15,916 bases of DNA from Candidatus Rokuibacteriota bacterium (lineage in GTDB: Bacteria > Methylomirabilota > Methylomirabilia > Rokubacteriales > DASRDR01). The first letter of the stretch is position 1, and each line of letters begins with the position of its first letter. The stretch is taken from the NCBI GenBank assembly GCA_044866005.1, contig JBIOTN010000055.1, forward strand, positions 1 through 15,916, read 5' to 3'. Both the position numbers and the translations under genes were made by a program. Shown piece by piece: positions 1 through 6,544 of this stretch. The notes under the pieces were generated by a model that saw only the letters and a program-made list of their open reading frames with translations, was not told where the DNA came from and searched no databases.

Positions 1-13
1 GGAGCGGCCGCGG

Positions 14-532
14 GTGGCGTCCGACATCGGCGTCGTGACCGCTCGGGTGTTTCGGATGACGTCGAGCGGCGCCGAGACCCCTCCGGCCGTGACGCTCTCG
101 GAGCTCGAGGGTGACGCGCTCCCCGCCACCTACCGGGGGACACGACAGGTCCCGATGGCGCCGGACGAGCTGCGGCCGGGCGACCTCCTCGTCGTCCGCC
201 ACCTCTACACCTCGACCCCCGAGGCGCAGCTCGTGTCCCGGCTGAAGTCCTATCGCGAGGGCGAGTTGCTCGTCCATACCGTTCGCCTGCCGCTCTCACG
301 GCTTCCCGGGGACGTCCGGGTCAAGGATCAGTTCCGTGTCGCCGGCGGTCAGCTCGTTCGGGTCGAGATGTCCCCGACCAGACTTCACCGCCACAAGATC
401 CGGTTGCGTCTCCGGAGGGCGTTCGCCGGCCGGCCCCGTCCGGTGGGCGACGACGAGGTGCGGGCGCTGCTGCGCGAGGTGTCGGCGTTTCTGCAGGGGC
501 AAGGCTATTTCCGTGGCCGGCGGGAGAGCTGA
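14..532 (+). CDS. Hypothetical basic protein; C-terminal half weakly resembles DUF3006
   Basis: 172-aa ORF with GTG start and GGAG at 1-4; the frame is open to the window edge, so the start could lie further upstream. GC-rich third positions. The stop is 2 nt before the next ATG. Segment VRLPLSRLPGDVRVKDQFRV...PTRLHRHKIRLRL recalls the DUF3006 pattern (by eye only). Confidence 0.65.
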   Translation: MASDIGVVTARVFRMTSSGAETPPAVTLSELEGDALPATYRGTRQVPMAPDELRPGDLLVVRHLYTSTPEAQLVSRLKSYREGELLVHTVRLPLSRLPGDVRVKDQFRVAGGQLVRVEMSPTRLHRHKIRLRLRRAFAGRPRPVGDDEVRALLREVSAFLQGQGYFRGRRES

Positions 533-534
533 CG

Positions 535-990
535 ATGGCTTTCGAGTGGGTCGTCGTGAACGGGAGCTGTGCCGCCTGCGAGGCGATGGTGGGGTTGTGG
601 GACGAAGAGCCGCAGCGCCCTCACGACTACTGCGACTGCGACGTCTTCGAGGACATTTTCGACGAGGAGGACGGGTTGTCGCCGGGCACGTGCTGGGGCG
701 ACGTGGACATCGACGACCCGGGCACGTATGTGGACGGGGTCGTGACGATGTTCGTCGACGTCCACTACATCTGCGGGGACGGGTCCGAGGTCGACGACTC
801 CTTCACCATCGAGCAGAGCCTGGACGAATGGCTGGACGCCTGGATCGACAATCCAGATGGGGCCGAGTGGGAGGAGTGGCACGAGGAGGCGCAGGAGCGC
901 ATCCACGCCATGTGCGAGGGAGAGCTCGAGGACGAGTGCACGACGTTCGAGGTCCCGAGCCCGTTCGACATCCCGAGCCCGCCGGACTGA
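535..990 (+). CDS. Highly acidic Cys/Trp-rich hypothetical protein with N-terminal CxxC...PHxxCxC (MuF/SPP1 gp7-like) motif
   Basis: 151-aa ORF with GGGAG upstream and clear coding-type codon bias. Hand count: 44 D/E, 2 R, 0 K, 8 C, 7 W. Motif SCAACEAMVGLWDEEPQRPHDYCDC. Confidence 0.8.
   Translation: MAFEWVVVNGSCAACEAMVGLWDEEPQRPHDYCDCDVFEDIFDEEDGLSPGTCWGDVDIDDPGTYVDGVVTMFVDVHYICGDGSEVDDSFTIEQSLDEWLDAWIDNPDGAEWEEWHEEAQERIHAMCEGELEDECTTFEVPSPFDIPSPPD
946..981 (+). repeat. 2 x 18-bp in-frame tandem repeat (FEVPSP / FDIPSP)
   Basis: ttcgaggtcccgagcccg followed by ttcgacatcccgagcccg, 16/18 identical. Confidence 0.8.
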
Positions 991-1091
991 CCGCCGGATC
1001 TCCGGTATCGCCCTCCCCGCCCTCGACGCGACGAAGAGGTCTCGCTGACGCTCGGCCGAGAGGTGGGCGACGCCCCGTCCTCGCAGCCGAT

Positions 1092-1649
1092 TTACCCGGC
1101 GCGCGTCGGGCGGAGCAGCCGCTCGAGGAGCGGGCGGTAGTGCGCGAGGTCGGGCGTCGGCGCGCCGGCGACCTTGGCCGCGTCGTCCCACCGGCGCAGC
1201 CGGACGGCGTCCGCCGCGTACGGCGAGGCCTCGAAGTCCCGCACCTCGGCGTCCGTGAGCGGTCCGCCCTGGACCGCCAGCGTGCTCACGGACGCCGGCG
1301 ACAGGGCCGCCCGGTACCCGGGCTCGACCGCGCAGAGGTAGCGCTTGGCCGCGACGTGGAGGCGGACGGGCTCGGCCACCGCCGGCCCGAAGTGCGGGGC
1401 CAGGACGCGGCCGCCCAGGGCCGGGTGGCCCGCGTCGAGGGCGGGGTCCTCGGGCGGCTCGTGGACCACGTAGGCGATGTCGTGGAGGAGCGCCGCCGCC
1501 ACCAGCGCGGGCGGCGCGCCGGCCCGCTCGGCGGCGTGAGCGGTCTGGAGCATGTGCTCCGTGATCGAGACGCGCTCGCCGAGGTAGGCGCTCCGCCCGT
1601 AGTCCCGCAAGCGAGCGAGAAGGCGGTCGATGACCGCGGCGGCGGTCAT
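1092..1649 (-). CDS. tmpB: HD-domain diiron oxygenase, TmpB/PhnZ family (C-P bond cleavage of 1-hydroxy-alkylphosphonates)
   Basis: True start is the ATG at 1649, overlapping the tmpA stop (ATGA 1646-1649); 185 aa. Motifs YLGExV...EHMLQ, LLHD, H75, RLHVAAKRYLCA, LSPASxxTLxxQGGP and LRRWDDAAK are typical of PhnZ/TmpB. Adjacent to tmpA. Confidence 0.88.
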   Translation of the reverse strand: MTAAAVIDRLLARLRDYGRSAYLGERVSITEHMLQTAHAAERAGAPPALVAAALLHDIAYVVHEPPEDPALDAGHPALGGRVLAPHFGPAVAEPVRLHVAAKRYLCAVEPGYRAALSPASVSTLAVQGGPLTDAEVRDFEASPYAADAVRLRRWDDAAKVAGAPTPDLAHYRPLLERLLRPTRAG

Positions 1650-2779
1650 GCCGGCGCCGCGGCGGGCGTCGCGGCGCGGTCCAGCACGGCGAGCCGGCTC
1701 CGGAGCCCGTCCATGTCGGCGTAGCAGCCCTGGAGGTGACGCTGGCCGGCGCCGGAGAACGGCGTGCGGCCGTGGAGCACGCGGAGGTTGTCGACGACGA
1801 AGAGGTCGCCGGGCTCGAGTCGGAAGCGCACCTGCCAGGCCGGGTCTTCCAAGAGCCGCACGAAGGCCCGATAGGCGTCGTACCAGGGCTCCACGAGCGC
1901 GGGCTCGATGCGGAGCGGGGCCTTGGAGCGGTTGTTGAGCCGGATGGCGGCGATCTCCCCCCGGGCGTCGAGCGTGACGATCGGATGCTCGGCCGTCAGG
2001 TCGGTCCCGGCGTCCCGGAAGCGGAACGGCACCGGGACGCGGGCGAGGAGTGCGAAGCGGGCGGGGGCTGTCCGGCGCAGGTGCTCGGCGACCTCGACGC
2101 CATCCACGACCACGCTGTCCCCGCCCTCGGCGCTGGACGCCAGGCAGTGGAGGAGCTGGAGCGTCGGCGGCGGCTCGCGGTAGGGGTTGTCGGTGTGGCA
2201 GGAGAGCCCGAGGCCGGTGTAGGCGAGGTTGGTCGGGTGGAGGACCGATCGCACGTCGAAGAGGCGGCCGTAGTTCGTCTCCCGGACGAACCCGAAGAGC
2301 TCGGCCACCCGCGTCACCGCGCCGGGCTCGACCGGCACGCCGCGGAGCAGGGCCGCGCCGTAGGTCACGATCGCCCGCAGCCACTCCCGGAGGGCGCCCT
2401 CGTCCGCCACGACCTCGGCGTGGCGCGCCTCCGGCAGCCCCGGCCGGCCCTCGGCGCGCCAGCAGCGGCGCGCCGGCGGGGCGGCCGCGCGGTCGGCGTC
2501 GCAGTAGCAGTGACGGCGGAGCCAGGCGGGGTCGAAGCGCCCGGCGTGCGGGTCGGCCGCCCAGGTCACCTCGATGCCGGCCGCCGTCGCCGCCGCCGCC
2601 GTCACGCGGAGGCCGTCCGGAAGGCGCCCGGTCTCGACGAGCCGCTGGCCGGTGGCGGGATCGCGGCAGTCGGGGCACCCGCAGTGATCGCGCAGCCACA
2701 CCGCGTGGAAGACGCCCGCGTGGCCGTCGCCCCACGCGACGGCGAGGCGACCGTCCCGAACGGAGACCGCCGCGTCCAT
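1646..2779 (-). CDS. tmpA: 2-(trimethylammonio)ethylphosphonate dioxygenase, Fe(II)/2-oxoglutarate-dependent (BBOX/TauD superfamily)
   Basis: 377 aa, SD GGAGGT at 2785-2790. N-terminal Zn-type WLRDHCxCxxC...H domain, facial triad HTD...VLHGR, motifs TNLAYTGLGL, HTDNPYR, RLNNRS and LQGCYAD. HTDNPYR/NNRS match TmpA as I recall it, versus HTDLPTRE/ANFLR in Pseudomonas BBOX. Coupled to an HD oxygenase. Confidence 0.88.
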   Translation of the reverse strand: MDAAVSVRDGRLAVAWGDGHAGVFHAVWLRDHCGCPDCRDPATGQRLVETGRLPDGLRVTAAAATAAGIEVTWAADPHAGRFDPAWLRRHCYCDADRAAAPPARRCWRAEGRPGLPEARHAEVVADEGALREWLRAIVTYGAALLRGVPVEPGAVTRVAELFGFVRETNYGRLFDVRSVLHPTNLAYTGLGLSCHTDNPYREPPPTLQLLHCLASSAEGGDSVVVDGVEVAEHLRRTAPARFALLARVPVPFRFRDAGTDLTAEHPIVTLDARGEIAAIRLNNRSKAPLRIEPALVEPWYDAYRAFVRLLEDPAWQVRFRLEPGDLFVVDNLRVLHGRTPFSGAGQRHLQGCYADMDGLRSRLAVLDRAATPAAAPA

Positions 2780-2825
2780 CCTCCACCTCCTCGCGCCCGC
2801 GCGCCCGGCGCGGGCCGGCGGGTCG

Positions 2826-2831
2826 ATTATA
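2826..2831 (-). promoter_or_regulatory. Candidate sigma70 -10 box (TATAAT) for tmpAB
   Basis: attata on + reads TATAAT on -, about 47 nt upstream of the tmpA ATG in very GC-rich DNA. No good -35 box. Confidence 0.6.
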
Positions 2832-2841
2832 CGCGGTGGCC

Positions 2842-2862
2842 GCGGCCCGTCGTACGGGCCGC
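2842..2862. promoter_or_regulatory. Perfect 9-bp inverted repeat between divergent -10 boxes (candidate operator)
   Basis: gcggcccgt-cgt-acgggccgc, covering the expected -35 position of both divergent promoters. Confidence 0.45.
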
Positions 2863-2868
2863 CCAGCG

Positions 2869-2877
2869 TGCTACGAT
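2869..2877 (+). promoter_or_regulatory. Candidate extended -10 promoter (TGcTACGAT) for the uORF-UPF0182 unit
   Basis: TG-n-TACGAT about 25 nt upstream of the ATG at 2902. Confidence 0.55.
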
Positions 2878-2901
2878 GGGCCCGAGCGCGGAAGGCACGG
2901 C

Positions 2902-3294
2902 ATGGCGGATCGTCGGAAGGCCCCGAAACGCGTTGCGTCGCCGAGGGCCCGTCGGGCGGGGAGGCGGCCGCTCCGCCTGTGGCTCGCCCTGGCGGTGGGG
3001 ATCGGATTCTTCGCCTACCTGATCCCGCTCTGCCAGACGGTCCTGGCGTCCCCGGGGACGCACCCCGTGGAGCGGGCCCGGGCGACGCCCCTCACGCGCT
3101 ACCTGCAGGCCGACCACGACCTGACCACCGGGCGTGCCAGCCTGCCGCTCGCCGTCCTCGCCGGCGCGCCCGAGCCCGCTCGCCTCTTGCACCCTCTCCT
3201 CCAGCCCGGACGCCTCGGCGACCGCGACGCGCCCGGGCAGCGCTCGAGCCCGCACGCCCGCCCGGACCTTTCGCGGAGTCCTCCCGGCCGCTGA
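2902..3294 (+). CDS. 130-aa membrane-anchored/secreted leader protein with C-terminal RSPP; candidate ribosome-arrest peptide
   Basis: ATG at 2902 with GGAAGG at 2890-2895 (this is the 3' part of track ORF 2050..3294). Basic N-region (aa 1-25), hydrophobic segment LWLALAVGIGFFAYLIPL (aa 26-43), Pro/Ala/Arg-rich linker, ends LSRSPPGR*. Confidence 0.72.
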   Translation: MADRRKAPKRVASPRARRAGRRPLRLWLALAVGIGFFAYLIPLCQTVLASPGTHPVERARATPLTRYLQADHDLTTGRASLPLAVLAGAPEPARLLHPLLQPGRLGDRDAPGQRSSPHARPDLSRSPPGR

Positions 3295-3311
3295 GCGGCC
3301 TCATCACGCGC

Positions 3312-3400
3312 GTCCCGATCCGGCGGAGCGATTCCCGCCCCGCCGGGGCAGTCGCCAACCCGCTCCGCCCCGGGACAGCCGGACGGAGTCGCGGAGACTC
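3312..3400 (+). promoter_or_regulatory. Structured intergenic leader between the uORF and UPF0182
   Basis: gtcccg (3312-3317) pairs with cgggac (3371-3376); ggcggagcg (3322-3330) with cgctccgcc (3361-3369); inner gcccc/ggggc hairpin (3337-3349); gagtc/gactc hairpin (3386-3400) just before SD GAGGAGG (3404-3410). Confidence 0.55.
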
Positions 3401-3414
3401 ACCGAGGAGGGGCC

Positions 3415-6120
3415 ATGCGGCGCATCCCAGTCGTCCTGCTACTGGCGGCGGTGTTCCTCGTCTTCCCGCTCCTCGCGCAGGCGGTCAAGCTCTACGCCGA
3501 CTGGCTCTGGTTTCACGAGGTCGGATACCAGAACGTCTTCAACACGGTCCTGGCGGCGAAGGGACTCCTCGCCCTGTCGGCCGGCATGCTCGTCTTCGTC
3601 CTCCTCTACGCGAACCTCCGCCTGACGGGCCGCGGGCGCGGGCGCGATCTGACCCTCGCCCTGGCCGAGGATGCGCCCCAGTTTCCGCAGCTGCCGCCCT
3701 GGCCGCTGATCGAGCCGCTCTACCGGCGGATGCTGCTGCCCGGCTCGCTGGTCCTGGCCTTCCTGCTCGCGGCGCCCACCGCGGGACGATGGCCGGAGGT
3801 GATCCGATTCCTCAACGCCGTTCCGTTCGGCATCCAGGACCCGCTCTTCGGCCGGGACGTCGGCTTCTACGTCTTCACGTACCCGTTCCTGGTCGCGGTC
3901 TACCAGTTCCTCGTGCTCGCGGTCGTCCTGACGACGGCGGCGGTGGCCGCGGCCTACCTCCTGGCGCGAGGGATCCAGCTCGCGCCGCAGCGCCTGGTCG
4001 TGACCCCCTGGGCCAAGGGGCACGTCCTCGCCCTGCTCGCCGGGCTGCTGCTCGTGAAGGTGTGGGGATACGTGCTGGACCGATACGCGCTCCTGCTCTC
4101 GCCGGGCGGGGCGTCCTTCGGCGCCGGCTACGCCGACGTCCACGCCACCCTGCCGGTCCTCGGCGTGGTGATGGCGCTGGCCGGCCTCGCCTCCGTCCTG
4201 TGCCTGGTCCAGATCGCGCGGCCCGGCTTCCGGCTGGCCGTCGTCGGGCTCGCGCTGTGGCTGGCGGGCAGCCTCCTCGGCCTCGGCGCCTATCCCGCGC
4301 TGATCCAGCGGCTTCACGTGGTGCCGAACGAGATCGTGGCCGAGCGGGCCTACATCGAGCGCACGATCGCCGCCACCAACCGGGCGTACGGGCTCGACCG
4401 CATCGCGGTGCGTCCCTTCCCGGCGCAGGAGGAGCTGACGCTCGCCGTCCTGCAGAAGAACGATGCGACGATCAAGAACATCCGGCTCTGGGACCACCGG
4501 CCGCTGCTCGACTCGTACGCCCAGCTGCAGGAGATCCGCACCTACTACAAGTTCGTGGACGTCGACAACGACCGCTACCACCTCGACGGGGACTACCGTC
4601 AGGTCATGCTCTCCGTGCGGGAGCTCTCGCACGCCCACCTGCCGAGCCGGATCTGGATCAACGAGCACCTCGTCTACACGCACGGGTACGGCGCGGTGGT
4701 CGGCCCCGTGAACCGGGTGACCCGGGAGGGGCTGCCGGAGTTCTTCGTCAAGGACATCCCGCCCGCCGGCACGGCCGCCCTGCGCATCGCGCGTCCCGAG
4801 ATCTACTTCGGCGAGATCGCGAGCGCGTACGTGCTGGTACGCACGCGGCGGCCGGAGCTGAACTATCCGGTGGGGGACCAGAACGTCTACACGCGGTACG
4901 ACGGCGAGGGCGGCGTCGCGATCGGCTCGTGGTGGCGGCGGTTCCTGTTCGCCGCCCGGTTCGCCGAGCTCAAGATGCTCCTCTCCCGTGAGCTGGGGCC
5001 GGAGAGCCGGATCCTCTTCCACCGGGCCATCACCGAGCGTGTCCAGGTCATCGCGCCGTTCCTCCTCCTCGACCGCGACCCCTACCCGGTCATCACCAGC
5101 GACGGCCGCGTGGTCTGGATGCTCGACGCGTACACCACCTCCGAGCACTTCCCGTACTCGCAGCCCACGGCCCGGCTCGGCAACTACATCCGGAACCCGG
5201 TCAAGGTCACGGTGGACGCCTACCACGGCGCCGTGCGCTTCTACCTGGTGGAGCCGGACGAGCCGCTGGCCCGCGCCTACGCCCGGGCCTTCCCCGGGCT
5301 GTTCCAGCCCATCGGCGCGATGCCCGCCGACCTCCGGGCCCACATCCGGTACCCGCAGGACTTCTTCGGCATCCAGGCGCGGATGTACGCGGCGTTCCAC
5401 ATGCTCGACCCGCAGGTCTTCTACAACAAGGAGGACCTGTGGACGATCCCCATCCGGAAGTCGGAAGGGCGCGAGGTCGAGATGGAGCCCTACTACACGA
5501 TCATGCGGCTGCCGGACGAGGGTCGGGAGGAGTTCATCCTCCTCCTGCCGTTCACGCCGGTCCGTCGCGACAACATGATCGCCTGGCTCGCCGCCCGGTC
5601 CGATCAGGCGAACTACGGGAAGCTGGTGCTCTTCGACTTTCCCAAGGGCAAGCTCGTCTTCGGCCCGCGCCAGGTGGAGGCGCGGATCGATCAGGACGCC
5701 TTCATCTCCCAGCAGATCTCGCTGTGGAGCCAGGCCGGCTCCCAGGTGATCCGGGGGAGCCTGCTGGCGATCCCGATCGAGGAGTCGCTCCTCTACGTGC
5801 AGGCGCTCTACCTGGCGGCCGAGCGCGGGCGGCTGCCCGAGCTGAAGCGCGTGATCGCGGCGTTCGGGAACCGGATCGCCATGGAGGAGACCCTGGAGAG
5901 CTCGCTCCGGCAGATCTTCGCTCGCGGGCGCGAGCCGGAGGGCCTCCGGGCCGCGACCACGGTGGCCGCCGGCGCGCCGGCGCAAGGCTTGGCCGCGCAG
6001 GCGCTCGAGCACTTCCGGCGGGCGCAGGAGCACCTGGCGCGCTGGAACTGGACGGGGTTCGGCGAGGAGCTGCGGAAGGTCGAGGAGATCCTGAAGAGCC
6101 TCCAGGAGCGCGGGCGCTGA
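3415..6120 (+). CDS. UPF0182 family integral membrane protein (COG1615)
   Basis: 901 aa with a strong SD. N-terminal multi-TM region with YADWLWFxEVGY, DPLFGRDVGFYVF and GAGYADVHA; soluble region with NIRLWD, QLQEIRTYYKFVDVDxDRY, HLVYTHGYG, NYIRNPVKVTVDAYxG and HIRYP, all characteristic of UPF0182. Confidence 0.95.
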   Translation: MRRIPVVLLLAAVFLVFPLLAQAVKLYADWLWFHEVGYQNVFNTVLAAKGLLALSAGMLVFVLLYANLRLTGRGRGRDLTLALAEDAPQFPQLPPWPLIEPLYRRMLLPGSLVLAFLLAAPTAGRWPEVIRFLNAVPFGIQDPLFGRDVGFYVFTYPFLVAVYQFLVLAVVLTTAAVAAAYLLARGIQLAPQRLVVTPWAKGHVLALLAGLLLVKVWGYVLDRYALLLSPGGASFGAGYADVHATLPVLGVVMALAGLASVLCLVQIARPGFRLAVVGLALWLAGSLLGLGAYPALIQRLHVVPNEIVAERAYIERTIAATNRAYGLDRIAVRPFPAQEELTLAVLQKNDATIKNIRLWDHRPLLDSYAQLQEIRTYYKFVDVDNDRYHLDGDYRQVMLSVRELSHAHLPSRIWINEHLVYTHGYGAVVGPVNRVTREGLPEFFVKDIPPAGTAALRIARPEIYFGEIASAYVLVRTRRPELNYPVGDQNVYTRYDGEGGVAIGSWWRRFLFAARFAELKMLLSRELGPESRILFHRAITERVQVIAPFLLLDRDPYPVITSDGRVVWMLDAYTTSEHFPYSQPTARLGNYIRNPVKVTVDAYHGAVRFYLVEPDEPLARAYARAFPGLFQPIGAMPADLRAHIRYPQDFFGIQARMYAAFHMLDPQVFYNKEDLWTIPIRKSEGREVEMEPYYTIMRLPDEGREEFILLLPFTPVRRDNMIAWLAARSDQANYGKLVLFDFPKGKLVFGPRQVEARIDQDAFISQQISLWSQAGSQVIRGSLLAIPIEESLLYVQALYLAAERGRLPELKRVIAAFGNRIAMEETLESSLRQIFARGREPEGLRAATTVAAGAPAQGLAAQALEHFRRAQEHLARWNWTGFGEELRKVEEILKSLQERGR

Positions 6121-6265
6121 GACAAGCGCGTGGTCCCCGCGGGGAGGTCGGGAGCCCACGACGCCAGCGCCCTGGCGCCCATCGGTTCGCCCGCGCCCGC
6201 GCTCGGCGCGTCCGCTCGCCCATCCAGCTTCTTTCATCGAGCCGAGGGTGCAGTTGCGCCGAGGA

Positions 6266-6371
6266 GCCCTCGGGGCGCGGGACCTCAAGCTCCGCGAGGA
6301 CGCTCGACTACGACCTGGCGCAGCTCGAGCGGATCGCGGCCGAGGTGATGGCGCCGTTCAATCCGAGCTGA
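6266..6371 (+). pseudogene. Possible 3' remnant of an LLM-class flavin-dependent oxidoreductase
   Basis: 6297-6371 reads RTLDYDLAQLERIAAEVMAPFNPS* with coding-like codons, resembling the typical LLM C-terminal helix (LerfAeEVmP). ALGARDLKLR lies just upstream in another frame. No start codon or SD. Confidence 0.4.
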
Positions 6372-6544
6372 GGCGGCGCGAGAGGCGCGGGAGCGGGCCC
6401 CGTCTGCGTCGCGCGCCGTGGGACGCGCCCCGACCCTGGCGCGGCGGCCGAGCATCGGCTATCGTGGGCGTGACCCCGAGCCGGCCAGGCCAGCGGGACA
6501 CCTGCCGTGAGACGGGACTGGACGCGGGAAGGAGGCGTCAGGCC

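Noticed and set aside
1646..2779. Gamma-butyrobetaine hydroxylase (carnitine synthesis) call
   Set aside because: HTDNPYR/NNRS motifs and coupling to a PhnZ-type HD oxygenase fit TmpA better.
1092..2786. 564-aa track ORF suggesting a long or fused HD protein
   Set aside because: The N-terminal 379 aa are Arg/Pro/Gly-rich off-frame translation of tmpA. The real gene starts at ATG 1649 with an ATGA overlap.
3295..3414. Known riboswitch or ncRNA family in the UPF0182 leader
   Set aside because: It is structured, but I recognise no conserved riboswitch, SRP or tRNA motif. An Rfam scan would settle it.
6248..6544. N-terminal extension of the binding protein given in the ORF track (617 aa)
   Set aside because: A strong SD and the Tat signal place the start at 6545.
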